From Malacoraja senta (lineage: Eukaryota): DNA of 64,000 nt. This document shows, piece by piece, positions 63,201-64,000 of this stretch. Every line of letters starts with the position of its first letter. Position 1 is the first letter of the stretch. Where the stretch lies: NCBI GenBank assembly GCA_038087875.1, contig CM075986.1:13206001-13270000 (forward strand), given 5' to 3'. The position numbers and the translations under genes were made by a program. The notes beneath the pieces were generated by a model, which saw only the letters and a program-made list of their open reading frames with translations, did not search any database and was not told the DNA's origin.

Positions 63201-64000
63201 CTTTATTTCTAGGTAACTTCATATCTCAGGTAGGTGTTATTATTATTTTTATACTCCTGAAAATGTATCCAGTAACAATTCATTGGATTATTTAATTTAT
63301 TTACTTTATGCATCTTTTAGTATGCAAAGTACTTTGACGTTCTTCATGTTCAAAGAATCATATAACCTTTTCAAACTAATATGAAATATAAATTAAAAAA
63401 CAATGAAAATTCAGCTTTCCTGGACTGAGAGAAATTCTGCAAATAATGCCGCTATAATATACTGGCCCCTACTGGATGGTTGTGGATAAAGAAACCATGG
63501 TATTAAGTAACAGCAATTTATGAAAGTTTAGAGTCCTGCCCTCTGGTGGATTATTTATGTACTATGCCAAAAACTGCACAATGGTGCTTCACCCACCTTG
63601 AAAATAACGTGGTCAAGAAATATTTTTGTGATATACCTTACAAGTCATTACATATTGCATAAGGTCAGAAAAAAAAGTTGAAATCTAGACTGTTCAGAGT
63701 TTTACCAGATTATCTGCACTTAAACACAGATGCTCATCTGATTACTGCATTCGCGAATTATGCGTTCTCAAGGATCATGAGTCTTACACAAGATTCATCC
63801 CAATAAACAAGTTCGGTATTCAGACTGCGCATGCCCAGGTCATCTGTCACTGGAGATAAACATTCTCCGCAGCTGAGCTGCTGCGTATATACAGACCCGC
63901 GTTTCATCCGTAATCAGGATTGTACCGGGTCTCCGGCGCTGTGGAATTGCTATTGGAGTTAGCGACACTAGTTCTCCCTTCTCCACTGGTTCATGCAGAA

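Overview
Vertebrate genomic DNA; the repeat content (HE1-like tRNA SINEs, CR1 LINEs, Penelope-like elements) suggests a cartilaginous fish, probably a skate or ray (inference). Two host genes lie on the minus strand in the same order and orientation as in mammals. PSMD11 (26S proteasome Rpn6) contributes eight coding exons at 46212-58969 plus a probable 3'-UTR-only terminal exon at ~41575-42073; its 5' exons are outside the window. CDK5R1 (p35) has an intact single-exon CDS at 22234-23142. The rest is rich in transposons: a near full-length, possibly chimeric CR1 LINE with one nonsense mutation; Rex1/Babar, L2 and L1 3' ends; a Harbinger-type MITE nested in a SINE; a one-LTR retroviral-like remnant; and a Penelope-like element (PLE) 3' end with a GIY-YIG nuclease. 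The most notable pattern is a family of about 15-20 short PLE-terminus insertions carrying a minimal hammerhead-ribozyme core (CTGAAGA..stem II..GAAACGTY). Several have 11-17 bp target-site duplications (TSDs), and several are fold-back palindromes, one folding exactly at the ribozyme stem II. A 97-nt pre-miRNA-sized hairpin in the last PSMD11 intron and several candidate enhancers are also flagged. Repeat boundaries are read by eye and are approximate unless TSDs or splice sites are quoted.
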